Of a stretch of 36,345 nt of DNA, positions 26,010-34,498 are shown one piece after another. A model generated the notes under the pieces. The model saw nothing but the letters and a program-made list of their open reading frames with translations. It ran no database searches and was not told the DNA's origin. The stretch spans positions 1-36,345 of the forward strand of contig CAYNAV010000004.1 in the NCBI GenBank assembly GCA_964395405.1. Direction: 5' to 3'. The position numbers were made by a program, and so were the translations under genes. Within the stretch, counting starts at the first letter, position 1, and each line of letters starts with the position of its first letter. This DNA comes from Candidatus Woesearchaeota archaeon (lineage in GTDB: Archaea > Nanobdellota > Nanobdellia > Pacearchaeales > GW2011-AR1).

Positions 26010-27758
26010 TTAATCCAATATAGCTTTAATTCTTCTTACACCTTGAGAAGATGATTCTTCTTTTGTAATTTTGAAATGTCCTAGCTCTGAAAGATGAGAG
26101 ACATGGGGGCCTGCACAAATTTCTTTGCTGAACTTTCCAATGCTATAGACTTTAACTTTGTCTCCATATTTACTGTCAAAAATGCCTTGAGCGCCTTGTT
26201 TTTTTGCTTCATCAACAGTCATTTCTTCAACTTTAACCTTGAGATCGTTTTTTATCTCTTTATTAATTAAGTCTTCAATTTGTTTTATCTCTTCTGGAGT
26301 TAGTTTTCTATCAAAATTAAAATCAAATCTTAATCTTTCTGTGGTAATGTTGCTTCCTTTTTGGTGGATGTCTAGATTTTTTAGAACCATTCTTAGCGCT
26401 TGGTTTAATAAATGACATGCTGTATGAAGGCGAGTTGTTGCTTCGCTGTTGTCTGCAAGACCTGATTTGTACTGGCCGGCTGATGCTGTCCTACTTAGCT
26501 CTTGGTGCTCTTTGTTTGCTTGTTCAAATCCTTTTAAATCAACTTTAATGTTTTTCTCTTTTGCTAATTCTTCAGTCATTTCTATTGGGAAACCATAGCT
26601 TTGGTATAATAGGAATGCTTCTTTTCCTGAAATTGCTTTCTTGTCTTTTGCAACTTTATCGAATTCTTTCATTCCCTGTTCAATCGTTTTCATAAAGTTA
26701 TCTTCTTCTTTTTTTAATTCTAGGAGGATTTGGCCTTTGTTATCCTGTAAAACTTCATAGTCATCATAAATCCCAAAAACAGGAATTGCAATGTCTTGAG
26801 TAAAGTTTTCAATTCCTAAAAGTCTTCCATATCGTATTGCTCTCCTTATTAGTCTTCTTAATACGTATCCTCTTTCTGAATTGCTTGGAACTACGCCGTC
26901 TGCAATTATAAAAACAGAAGCTTTAATGTGGTCTGCTATTATTCTCATTGCTTTTTCATTTCCTTTATATGTTTTTTTTGAAATTTTTTCTATTTGACTT
27001 ATTATTGGTATCCACATATCAGCCAGATAATTATCTTCTAACCCTGTTAGTGTTGCAATTGTTCTTTCAACTCCTCCGCCAAAGTCAATGTTCTTTTGTT
27101 TTGCGAGATTGAATTTTCCCATATCCTCCTTGAGATATTGCATTAAAACATCATTTCCAATCTCGACCCAATTTTTATCATCTGGATTAAATGTCTTTGG
27201 TGCTGGTTTTGAATTAGTCTTCCAATAGAATTGTTCTGTACATGGGCCGCATGGTCCAGTGTTACCTGCTGGACCCCACCAGTTATCTTCTTCTAAAAAT
27301 GCTATTCTGTCTTTTGAGATTCCTAAAGATTCCCAGGTCTTTGCAGATTCTTCATCTTTTTCTGCATTTTTATTTCCAGAAAAGCAACTTACTGCATATC
27401 TTTCTAGTGGAATACCGAGAATTTTAGTGTGGAATTCGAATGTGAATTGAATCGCTTCTTTTTTAAAATAATCTCCTAACGACCAATTACCAAGCATTTC
27501 AAAGAGAGTATGGTGGTAAGTATCGCCTACATCTTCTATATCTCCGGTTCTAATACATCTTTGAACATTTACAAGCCTTTTTCCAAGTGGATGTTTTTCT
27601 CCTAGAAGGAATGGAACTATAGGGTGCATTCCTGCCGTGGTAAATAGAACTGTAGGATCGTTTGCAGGGACTAAGGAAGAGTTTGGTATTTCCTTATGTC
27701 CTTTTGATTTGAAAAATTCTATATATTTATTTATTAATTGTTTTCTGTTTATTTTCAT
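26010..27758 (-). CDS. alaS: Alanine--tRNA ligase (short form, no C-Ala domain)
   Basis: LFTTAGM, QRCIRTGD, FEMLGNWSLGDYFK, GPCGPCTE, RIIADH, GYVLRRLIRRA; editing motifs HTACH and CAGPH; ends at GVRRIKAILD. Confidence 0.97.
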   Translation of the reverse strand: MKINRKQLINKYIEFFKSKGHKEIPNSSLVPANDPTVLFTTAGMHPIVPFLLGEKHPLGKRLVNVQRCIRTGDIEDVGDTYHHTLFEMLGNWSLGDYFKKEAIQFTFEFHTKILGIPLERYAVSCFSGNKNAEKDEESAKTWESLGISKDRIAFLEEDNWWGPAGNTGPCGPCTEQFYWKTNSKPAPKTFNPDDKNWVEIGNDVLMQYLKEDMGKFNLAKQKNIDFGGGVERTIATLTGLEDNYLADMWIPIISQIEKISKKTYKGNEKAMRIIADHIKASVFIIADGVVPSNSERGYVLRRLIRRAIRYGRLLGIENFTQDIAIPVFGIYDDYEVLQDNKGQILLELKKEEDNFMKTIEQGMKEFDKVAKDKKAISGKEAFLLYQSYGFPIEMTEELAKEKNIKVDLKGFEQANKEHQELSRTASAGQYKSGLADNSEATTRLHTACHLLNQALRMVLKNLDIHQKGSNITTERLRFDFNFDRKLTPEEIKQIEDLINKEIKNDLKVKVEEMTVDEAKKQGAQGIFDSKYGDKVKVYSIGKFSKEICAGPHVSHLSELGHFKITKEESSSQGVRRIKAILD

Positions 27759-27782
27759 ATTTTGAATAGGTTTGCTGGGTTT

Positions 27783-28778
27783 TTAAGAATTATGTATCTT
27801 AAGAAGATTGCCAAAACCCGGAGTCCAAATATCAGTCATCATTAAAACAGTATCAACGGACTTTATTACTTTTGAGAATTCTTTTTTTAAATTCTCAATT
27901 AGATTGTAATACTCTTGAAAATTTGAGACTACAAGTTCTATTTCTATTTGAGCTAGATTCCTAATAAAATACTGAATGTTTGGCAGATTTGAAGCGTATT
28001 CAAAAAGCTTTTTTTCGTCTTCTTTATTGTATCGCTCTAGTCTAATAATTGCTTTGTAAAGTTCGGAGCCTATAAGATTAAGATTAATTCCTGTCCTAAA
28101 CTGAATAATAATTCCTTTTTCTTGTAACTTTTTTATTTTATTCGAGACAATAATCTCGGTTGATTTTACATTTTTAGCTAATTCAACAATGGATATCCTC
28201 GCATTATTAACGATCTCTTCTAATATTCTTGAGTCTAGTTCATCAATCTTGTTATTTACAATTTCTCCTGCAAACATTGTTGGTTTTTCTATCTTTCCAG
28301 TAAAATACATTTTTGGATACTGTTTAACATCAACCAGAATTCCATCTTCAGAATCAATGATAATATGGTTGAATCGAGAGATAAAATCATTTCTTAACTC
28401 ATAAAAATCGTAATCATTTTTTGCAAAAAAGGAGAATATAAGGTCCCATGAGCCAGAACATTCTCCAAGCCAGTAAACCCTACAGGACCTATTCAAATAA
28501 TTAAATAATTTTTCCTTTTCAGGAGGAATATTCCTTAATTTTACATAGATCTTATAGGCTTTATATCCTATTTTATGAGGATTGATTGCTGTATTAAAGC
28601 TTGTTATTATACCTTTTTCAACTAAATTGTTTATTCGGTATTCAACTGCTTGTCTTGATTTATTGACCTTCTTAGCCAACTGAGTTGATGGGATCCTACA
28701 GTTTTTGTCAAGTTCTGCAAGTATCTTTAAATCAATCTTGTCTAGTTTAATTCCATTTATATTATTCATTGTTAGCAT
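27783..28778 (-). CDS. Tandem (double) Lrp/AsnC-family transcriptional regulator
   Basis: Two HTH+RAM units: LDKIDLKILAELDKNCRIPSTQLAKKV...RINNLVEKGII and IDELDSRILEEIVNNARISIVELAKNV...KIKKLQEKGII. Confidence 0.92.
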   Translation of the reverse strand: MLTMNNINGIKLDKIDLKILAELDKNCRIPSTQLAKKVNKSRQAVEYRINNLVEKGIITSFNTAINPHKIGYKAYKIYVKLRNIPPEKEKLFNYLNRSCRVYWLGECSGSWDLIFSFFAKNDYDFYELRNDFISRFNHIIIDSEDGILVDVKQYPKMYFTGKIEKPTMFAGEIVNNKIDELDSRILEEIVNNARISIVELAKNVKSTEIIVSNKIKKLQEKGIIIQFRTGINLNLIGSELYKAIIRLERYNKEDEKKLFEYASNLPNIQYFIRNLAQIEIELVVSNFQEYYNLIENLKKEFSKVIKSVDTVLMMTDIWTPGFGNLLKIHNS

Positions 28779-28844
28779 AAACTATCTTAGATTTATAAAT
28801 ATTACTATTTATGCTCAAAAATCTGAAGAAACTTTGATATATCC

Positions 28845-28879
28845 GTTACTCTTAGTATTATTAACTTACAAGGAGTAAC
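28845..28879. promoter_or_regulatory. Inverted repeat in the Lrp / radical SAM divergent promoter region
   Basis: GTTACTCTT-N17-AGGAGTAAC (8 of 9 complementary); the right arm contains the SD-like AGGAG. Confidence 0.5.
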
Positions 28880-28881
28880 AA

Positions 28882-30402
28882 ATGATAAACACAAATACAC
28901 AACAGATGAAAGAAAGACTAGAAGCACTTCAGATTCCTATAGTTTACAATGTATTTCCACAAGATTTCCAATTAGATGTAAACGGATGGTCTTTCCCGGA
29001 TGATAAGGATAAACCCACAATTGATGTTGAGCTTAGTTTAGAAGAAATAGCAGAACTAGAAAGTAAGGGGTTTTTAGGGAAGATAAATCAGGTTTCAGAT
29101 AGATCATATCAAATAAAAAGATTAAGAACTTTAGACATAGAAATTGCTCCAGACGAAGTAATTGATGAAATGAATGCTTTGGCTGAAGAAAAAGATGCTT
29201 CAAGTTTAGATTTGCAATTGAAGTTTGGGAGATTATATAGAAAAACTTGTACTCAGAGGTGCCCTCATTGTTTTAATCAGGAAGATGATTTTTATGTAAG
29301 CAAGATTATTTCAGATCAAAAATTAATGAGGTGGGCTGAAACAAATGAAGTTATTCAAAAGGCCAAAAAATTAGGATTAGAATCTGTTAAATTTTTAGGA
29401 ATTGGAGAATTTTTTAAGAATCCGAGATTATTCCATATACTCGATGAATTACAAGGAGAAGGAATTAAAGCAGGCATATTCACTAAGGGTTCTGCATTGG
29501 GAGATGATTTAATTGCAAGGAATTGTGGTTATGATGGAATTAATAATGCAGAAGACTTGGTTAAAAGGTTAGCAGGTTACGATAATGTTAGTGTACTTTT
29601 AGGTGCAAATTCATTTAATCCTCAACTACAAGATGAAATGGTTGGATGTGGTCAGGATTCACAATGTGTAAAAGACTACACCATTGCAAGAAATAAAGCA
29701 TTGCAACTTTTAGTAAAATATAGATTTAATGATCCTTCTAAAGGAAAAAGACTTGCTTTAATCGCTGCACCAGTAACTCCTCAGGCAAGTGATGAAACTG
29801 TTGAGATGTACGAATGGGGGATGAGGAGAAACATTCCAGTAATTACAATTCCTACTATGGTTAGTGGGAAAGGAAAAAATGAATTAGAATGGTTGCTTAA
29901 CCAATTTGAAACAGATTCTAATCTTGTAGATAGATTTGATCCCAAAAGAGAAATGACTCGGGAGAAAAGATATACTGAATGGCTTACTGATTTTTACACA
30001 GATGTATACTCTAAAGCAATTGATATGGGCATAACTACTATAGAGAAAATAAATCTGGACGGAATTTCGGGATATGCAGGAACTGCTCAATGCCAGCAAA
30101 AGCAAAATGGAATGTATCTTAGATTGCCCGGCACAGTTCAAGAATGTCCTGGAAGATGTGTAGGGGCAGAAATAACTGGAGATATAAGAAAAACAGGACT
30201 ATTATCTACTTGGATTGGAAGTCGAAATTATGATAGAAAAAAAGATTGTAATTCTTTATGTGCTGTAAAGATGAAAGACTTAACTGGAAGTGGAGAAAAA
30301 CCTTGTGATTGTTGTGAAGTCTATGAGAATGTAGGTTCAATGCCTCCTGAGTTAGGTTCAAGAGTCATAGAAAAACTAAATCAAAAATATGGGACAAAAT
30401 AA
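28882..30402 (+). CDS. Radical SAM protein with C-terminal Twitch/SPASM-like Cys-rich domain
   Basis: CTQRCPHC (CxxxCxxC), FLGIGEFF (GGE-like), IFTKG; C-terminal CQQKQNGMYLRLPGTVQECPGRC...CNSLC...CDCC. Confidence 0.9.
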   Translation: MINTNTQQMKERLEALQIPIVYNVFPQDFQLDVNGWSFPDDKDKPTIDVELSLEEIAELESKGFLGKINQVSDRSYQIKRLRTLDIEIAPDEVIDEMNALAEEKDASSLDLQLKFGRLYRKTCTQRCPHCFNQEDDFYVSKIISDQKLMRWAETNEVIQKAKKLGLESVKFLGIGEFFKNPRLFHILDELQGEGIKAGIFTKGSALGDDLIARNCGYDGINNAEDLVKRLAGYDNVSVLLGANSFNPQLQDEMVGCGQDSQCVKDYTIARNKALQLLVKYRFNDPSKGKRLALIAAPVTPQASDETVEMYEWGMRRNIPVITIPTMVSGKGKNELEWLLNQFETDSNLVDRFDPKREMTREKRYTEWLTDFYTDVYSKAIDMGITTIEKINLDGISGYAGTAQCQQKQNGMYLRLPGTVQECPGRCVGAEITGDIRKTGLLSTWIGSRNYDRKKDCNSLCAVKMKDLTGSGEKPCDCCEVYENVGSMPPELGSRVIEKLNQKYGTK

Positions 30403-30403
30403 A

Positions 30404-30841
30404 ATGACAAAAAACTTAAGCATATTATTGGGAGATGATGAAATGGGTCCAGCCACTCAATCAGTTTTTGAACAAGAATTTACTCCAAGATTGCAAAGAG
30501 CACTTCCAAATTATCAGATTAATTGGCATTATGAAATGCTTCCTCAAAGGGTGATTGATGAAGCAAGAACTGGGAGATATGATTTAGTTGTGACTGATTT
30601 AGATTATTCTGATTTTGGAGACAGAAGTCACAAAGATGGATATCGAATAATTGACGCGGTTTGTACAATGAATCCAAAACCACTACTTATTCTCTGCACT
30701 TCAACAAAAGATAATCCTGAAATGGAACAGAGGACAAAAGGAAAGATTAATTTTAAGGTTGGCGGGGGAAACAATCATAAGTTTTCAGATTTAATTGATA
30801 AACTAATAGAACATTTTCAAATGAAAGAAGGTAATAAATAA
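30404..30841 (+). CDS. Stand-alone receiver (CheY-like) domain protein
   Basis: ILLGDDE acidic pocket, YDLVVTDLD phospho-acceptor Asp, DGYRII, ILCTS switch Thr/Ser; ATG 30404 chosen because it follows the upstream stop as TAA-A-ATG (track start 30389). Confidence 0.82.
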   Translation: MTKNLSILLGDDEMGPATQSVFEQEFTPRLQRALPNYQINWHYEMLPQRVIDEARTGRYDLVVTDLDYSDFGDRSHKDGYRIIDAVCTMNPKPLLILCTSTKDNPEMEQRTKGKINFKVGGGNNHKFSDLIDKLIEHFQMKEGNK

Positions 30842-30842
30842 A

Positions 30843-31601
30843 ATGGCAGAAGAAAATCTTGAAGAAGAAGTAGAAGCAAGAATCTATAGGGGCAATCGTA
30901 GTGAGTGGCCATGGAACATGTTTGAAAGAAAAGTATTTATAAGATTTCCTGGAAGAGTGATGATTGAGTATAAGGTGACTGAATTTAGGGATGACGCAAA
31001 AGATAAGGCTCATCGGCAACTTGGAGAACTTGCAGATTTAAAGCAACCGCCCCATGGTTTATTAAGAACGGCGGAGGCCGATGCGTTTGGTGTTTATAGA
31101 GATGATAAATTTTCTGAAAAGAGAGAAGACAAAGATTTATTTTCTTATAGGATTAGTCTTATTGGTACAAGTACAAGCGCGGTTCTGATTGCAACCCCAA
31201 AAGTTCCAAAAGATTTAGTAGATACTATTGAAAGGGAATATTTTGGTAAGGTTTCCTCCTCTCTTGATTTAAGACATGCGATAATTTCTGTAGCAAATCA
31301 ATCAGTTATTCAATCATGTAATCGTGTCCAGACTTTATGTAGAGAAGCAGAGAGTGGAAAACTCGCCCCATTGATTAAAGCAAATATCTTTAATGCTTAT
31401 TATAATTTTCCTGCTATAGCTGCTGCTGAACAGGTTATGTCTACTGCTATATCCGATTATGAAAAAAATGCTGTTGAATTTGTCAAAGCAATGAAGCAGT
31501 TACATGATTGCTATGCTGCTATGTGGTTAAGGAAGGCGCTAGGGAAAGCAGATGATAGTGGAAGTTTACCAGAATATTACGGAGTTTTAGATAAAGATTA
31601 A
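30843..31601 (+). CDS. Hypothetical protein, third gene of the radical SAM operon
   Basis: 252-aa ORF with a TAA-A-ATG junction to the receiver gene; no family recognised. Confidence 0.8.
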   Translation: MAEENLEEEVEARIYRGNRSEWPWNMFERKVFIRFPGRVMIEYKVTEFRDDAKDKAHRQLGELADLKQPPHGLLRTAEADAFGVYRDDKFSEKREDKDLFSYRISLIGTSTSAVLIATPKVPKDLVDTIEREYFGKVSSSLDLRHAIISVANQSVIQSCNRVQTLCREAESGKLAPLIKANIFNAYYNFPAIAAAEQVMSTAISDYEKNAVEFVKAMKQLHDCYAAMWLRKALGKADDSGSLPEYYGVLDKD

Positions 31602-31622
31602 AGAGAACCAGGAATATTTTAC

Positions 31623-31997
31623 TTACCCATTCAATCTCTTTAACTTATCCTGGATTTCTTGAAGTTCTTCATCCACATTAGCCATTCTTCTGTCTTCCTC
31701 TGTGAAGACAAACTTCTTTGGATGAAACTCTTTATGGGTTTCGTGATGGGTTTCTCTTATTAACTTTGTTTTAGGCATTTCTGGAAGCTTTTCATCCATC
31801 TTATCAAAATTATCGTTAAGGTCTTCAATAATGCTGTTTAATTCTTGCTTCAGTTTGTTTTTTTTATTTCTTAATTTTTGAATTTTGTATAGTTGTTTAA
31901 TTAAACTAAGAAGTGCAATCTGGGTACTAAGCAAAAAAGTATTTCCATTTTTAAACTCTTCAGGTTCCATGGAGATATACAGTTTTTCGTCTTTCAT
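31623..31997 (-). CDS. Hypothetical coiled-coil protein
   Basis: 124 aa with heptad-rich segments; 9 nt downstream of the next gene on the same strand. Confidence 0.75.
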   Translation of the reverse strand: MKDEKLYISMEPEEFKNGNTFLLSTQIALLSLIKQLYKIQKLRNKKNKLKQELNSIIEDLNDNFDKMDEKLPEMPKTKLIRETHHETHKEFHPKKFVFTEEDRRMANVDEELQEIQDKLKRLNG

Positions 31998-32006
31998 TTT
32001 TTAGAT

Positions 32007-32546
32007 TCAAATTTTTCCAAAAATCGTATTATCAATTTGAATTAGTCTGGATTTGATTTCTTCTAAATTTCTTGTCCAATCTTCTATTTCTTTGTTCTCT
32101 TTTGCGCTAATTTCTTTTATTCTACTGATAACGTTGTCAATTTCTCTTATTTTTTTCTTCATATCTTCAAAATCTTTTTGAGCTGCTTGAAATTTATCAA
32201 CTCTTATAAATATCGGACTTTTTGATGCGGGCATCATTTGCATTTGATGTGTTGGTTTGTCTCTCTCAATGTTTAATTCTGGTATCTTTTCAGAAGCAGA
32301 ATCGCTGAGGGACATTGAATAATCCCTCGGCAATTCCTCGACTATCACCTCGTCGTCTCCAGAAGAGTATGAATCATCAGATGAAACAGCAGATTTTACT
32401 ATATCACGATTAAAATTTTCACTTTTATTAGATGAAGGGAACGATGGAAGTTCATTTAATGCTCTTTTAGGGGGTTCTGGCAATTCTGGGAGCTGAGAAA
32501 TTCGAGGAATTTCGGGAACTTTTTCTTTTTTTGTAAATAGGCCCAT
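32007..32546 (-). CDS. Hypothetical protein with Pro-rich disordered N-terminus and C-terminal coiled coil
   Basis: MGLFTKK..PELPEPP..; PIFIRVDKF followed by a long helix. Confidence 0.78.
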   Translation of the reverse strand: MGLFTKKEKVPEIPRISQLPELPEPPKRALNELPSFPSSNKSENFNRDIVKSAVSSDDSYSSGDDEVIVEELPRDYSMSLSDSASEKIPELNIERDKPTHQMQMMPASKSPIFIRVDKFQAAQKDFEDMKKKIREIDNVISRIKEISAKENKEIEDWTRNLEEIKSRLIQIDNTIFGKI

Positions 32547-32647
32547 AGTTACTTTTGAGGAGTTTTGTTTTTATACCTTTATATTAATTTAAAAATGACG
32601 ACAAAAAAAAGCGAAAAGTATTTAATACGATTATTTTAAAGTTAATA

Positions 32648-33442
32648 ATGGTAACTTCTAAAAAAAAGATAACTTCTCAACAAAAGGCTACATCTACTCA
32701 AGTTTCTAAGAAGGAACAAATAAGGCTTCTAGAGGGACTTGTTGAAGAATTAGCCGGGATTGAGTCTGGTAAGATAGTCGATATTTTATTTAATAAAAGA
32801 GATGTTAATGAATTCTTCATTGCAAAAAAGATGAATCTTACAATAAACCAAGTTAGAAATATTTTGTATAAACTTTCTGCGCAGGGTTTGGTTTCATTTA
32901 TAAGAAAAAAAGATAGAAAGAAGGGCTGGTATATTTATTATTGGACTCTTGATACTGAAAAATGCCTCATCAAGCTTGAACAGTCTATCTTAGCTAAGAT
33001 TGGGAAGTTTAATGCTCAACTTGAAAAAAGAGAAACAAGGAGATATTATATTTGTCCTTCTTGCCATATAGAAGTTAATGAAGAGACTGCCTTGGAACAT
33101 AATTTCTCTTGTGAAGAGTGTGCGGAGATTTATGTTTTGGCTGATAATGAGAAACCAATTAAGGAAATAAAATTGAACATTGCTAAAGCAGAGAAGGGTT
33201 TAAAGATTATCCAGGTAGAGTTGATGGATGATAGGTCAAAGAAGGCAAAAAAGAGAGCAAAGACAGAAAAAAAGGAAGAAGCTTTGATAAAAAAAGAGAA
33301 AGACCAAAAAAAAGCCGAAAAGAAAAAATTGAGGGAGAAAAATAAAAAACCTGCTAAGGATAAAAAACAGGTTAAGGATAAAAAAATTACTAAAAAAATT
33401 TCTGTGAAAAAGAAAATAAACAAAAAGTCTAAAAAGAAGTAG
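32648..33442 (+). CDS. tfe: Transcription factor E (TFE alpha) with Lys-rich tail
   Basis: wHTH INQVRNILYKL...RKKDRKKGWYIYYW and zinc ribbon YICPSC...FSCEEC. Confidence 0.92.
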   Translation: MVTSKKKITSQQKATSTQVSKKEQIRLLEGLVEELAGIESGKIVDILFNKRDVNEFFIAKKMNLTINQVRNILYKLSAQGLVSFIRKKDRKKGWYIYYWTLDTEKCLIKLEQSILAKIGKFNAQLEKRETRRYYICPSCHIEVNEETALEHNFSCEECAEIYVLADNEKPIKEIKLNIAKAEKGLKIIQVELMDDRSKKAKKRAKTEKKEEALIKKEKDQKKAEKKKLREKNKKPAKDKKQVKDKKITKKISVKKKINKKSKKK

Positions 33443-33470
33443 TTTCTTCTATTTGAGAGTTAATATAAAA

Positions 33471-34139
33471 ATGAGAAAAGGAATACTTTCAACATATACT
33501 GCTTGGATTATTATTGCTAATATTGTTGCGTTCTTTTTGTTTTCGATTTTTATTTCTATATATGGTGGGGATGCAGGTGTTTCTTATTTTGCACTTCAGC
33601 CCGCTTCTATTTTAGCGGGGCAAAAACTTTGGACTTTTTTAACAAGTATGTTTTTGCATGCGAATCTTACTCATCTTTTGGTTAATATGCTTTCGTTGTT
33701 CTTTATCGGAACTTTTGTTGAAAAACTGATTGGGAAGAAGAGATACATTGCACTTTATTTTGGTGGAGGATTAGTTGCAGGAGTCTTCTTTGTTGCCTTG
33801 GCGGGATTGTTTGGAAATAGCGATTGGGGCATGAGGATCTTTGGTTCTCCTATGACTTATGCGGTGGGGGCTTCTGGAGCTATCTTTTGTTTAGGTGGTT
33901 TGCTTGCAATTTTGACTCCTCGGTTGCCTGTGTTGGTATTTTTTATATTGCCTATGCCTATGTGGATTGCAATGATTGGGCTTATGGCTGTCTTATGGCT
34001 TGCTTCATTTGCATTTTCTGCTAATATTGGGAATACGGCCCATCTCGGAGGTTTAGTTCTGGGAATTGGTTATGGTTTGTATTTAAAGTATAAATATCCG
34101 AGGAAGACGGCAATGATTTCTAGGTATTTTTCTAGATAA
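33471..34139 (+). CDS. Rhomboid family intramembrane serine protease
   Basis: WTFLTSMFLHANLTHLLVNM, catalytic GASGAI and AHLGG; ATG 33471 preferred over TTG 33453. Confidence 0.95.
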   Translation: MRKGILSTYTAWIIIANIVAFFLFSIFISIYGGDAGVSYFALQPASILAGQKLWTFLTSMFLHANLTHLLVNMLSLFFIGTFVEKLIGKKRYIALYFGGGLVAGVFFVALAGLFGNSDWGMRIFGSPMTYAVGASGAIFCLGGLLAILTPRLPVLVFFILPMPMWIAMIGLMAVLWLASFAFSANIGNTAHLGGLVLGIGYGLYLKYKYPRKTAMISRYFSR

Positions 34140-34187
34140 ATCTTATGATTGCATAATGTTTATATATAATCTTTATTTTATCAATTT

Positions 34188-34283
34188 ATGAAAAAGGGTT
34201 TTGATTGGCTATCTTTAATTGTTTGGGTGATAATCATTTTACTTGGAGTTTATTTAATTAAAAAATTATTCTTGGGCGGATAA
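34188..34283 (+). CDS. 31-aa single-TM peptide (not in ORF track)
   Basis: MKKGFDWLSLIVWVIIILLGVYLIKKLFLGG; TTTATATATA about 20-29 nt upstream; TAATG overlap with the next gene. Confidence 0.7.
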   Translation: MKKGFDWLSLIVWVIIILLGVYLIKKLFLGG

Positions 34284-34498
34284 TGAAAATTAAATGGATT
34301 GATATTGTTTTGATACTTCTTGGTTTAATGATTATTTATCAACTCTTGAAGAAAATATTTGGCGGAAGTTGGCAAACAGAAAGTATTATTATTGCTCTTC
34401 TTATGTTTAACTTGGGTTTAACTTGGAAAATTTGTATGAAATTAGACGGACATATTAATTGGCATAAATTAAAAGACGAAGTAAGAAAATATGAATAA
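34283..34498 (+). CDS. Small two-TM membrane protein
   Basis: 71 aa; overlaps both neighbouring genes. Confidence 0.72.
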   Translation: MKIKWIDIVLILLGLMIIYQLLKKIFGGSWQTESIIIALLMFNLGLTWKICMKLDGHINWHKLKDEVRKYE

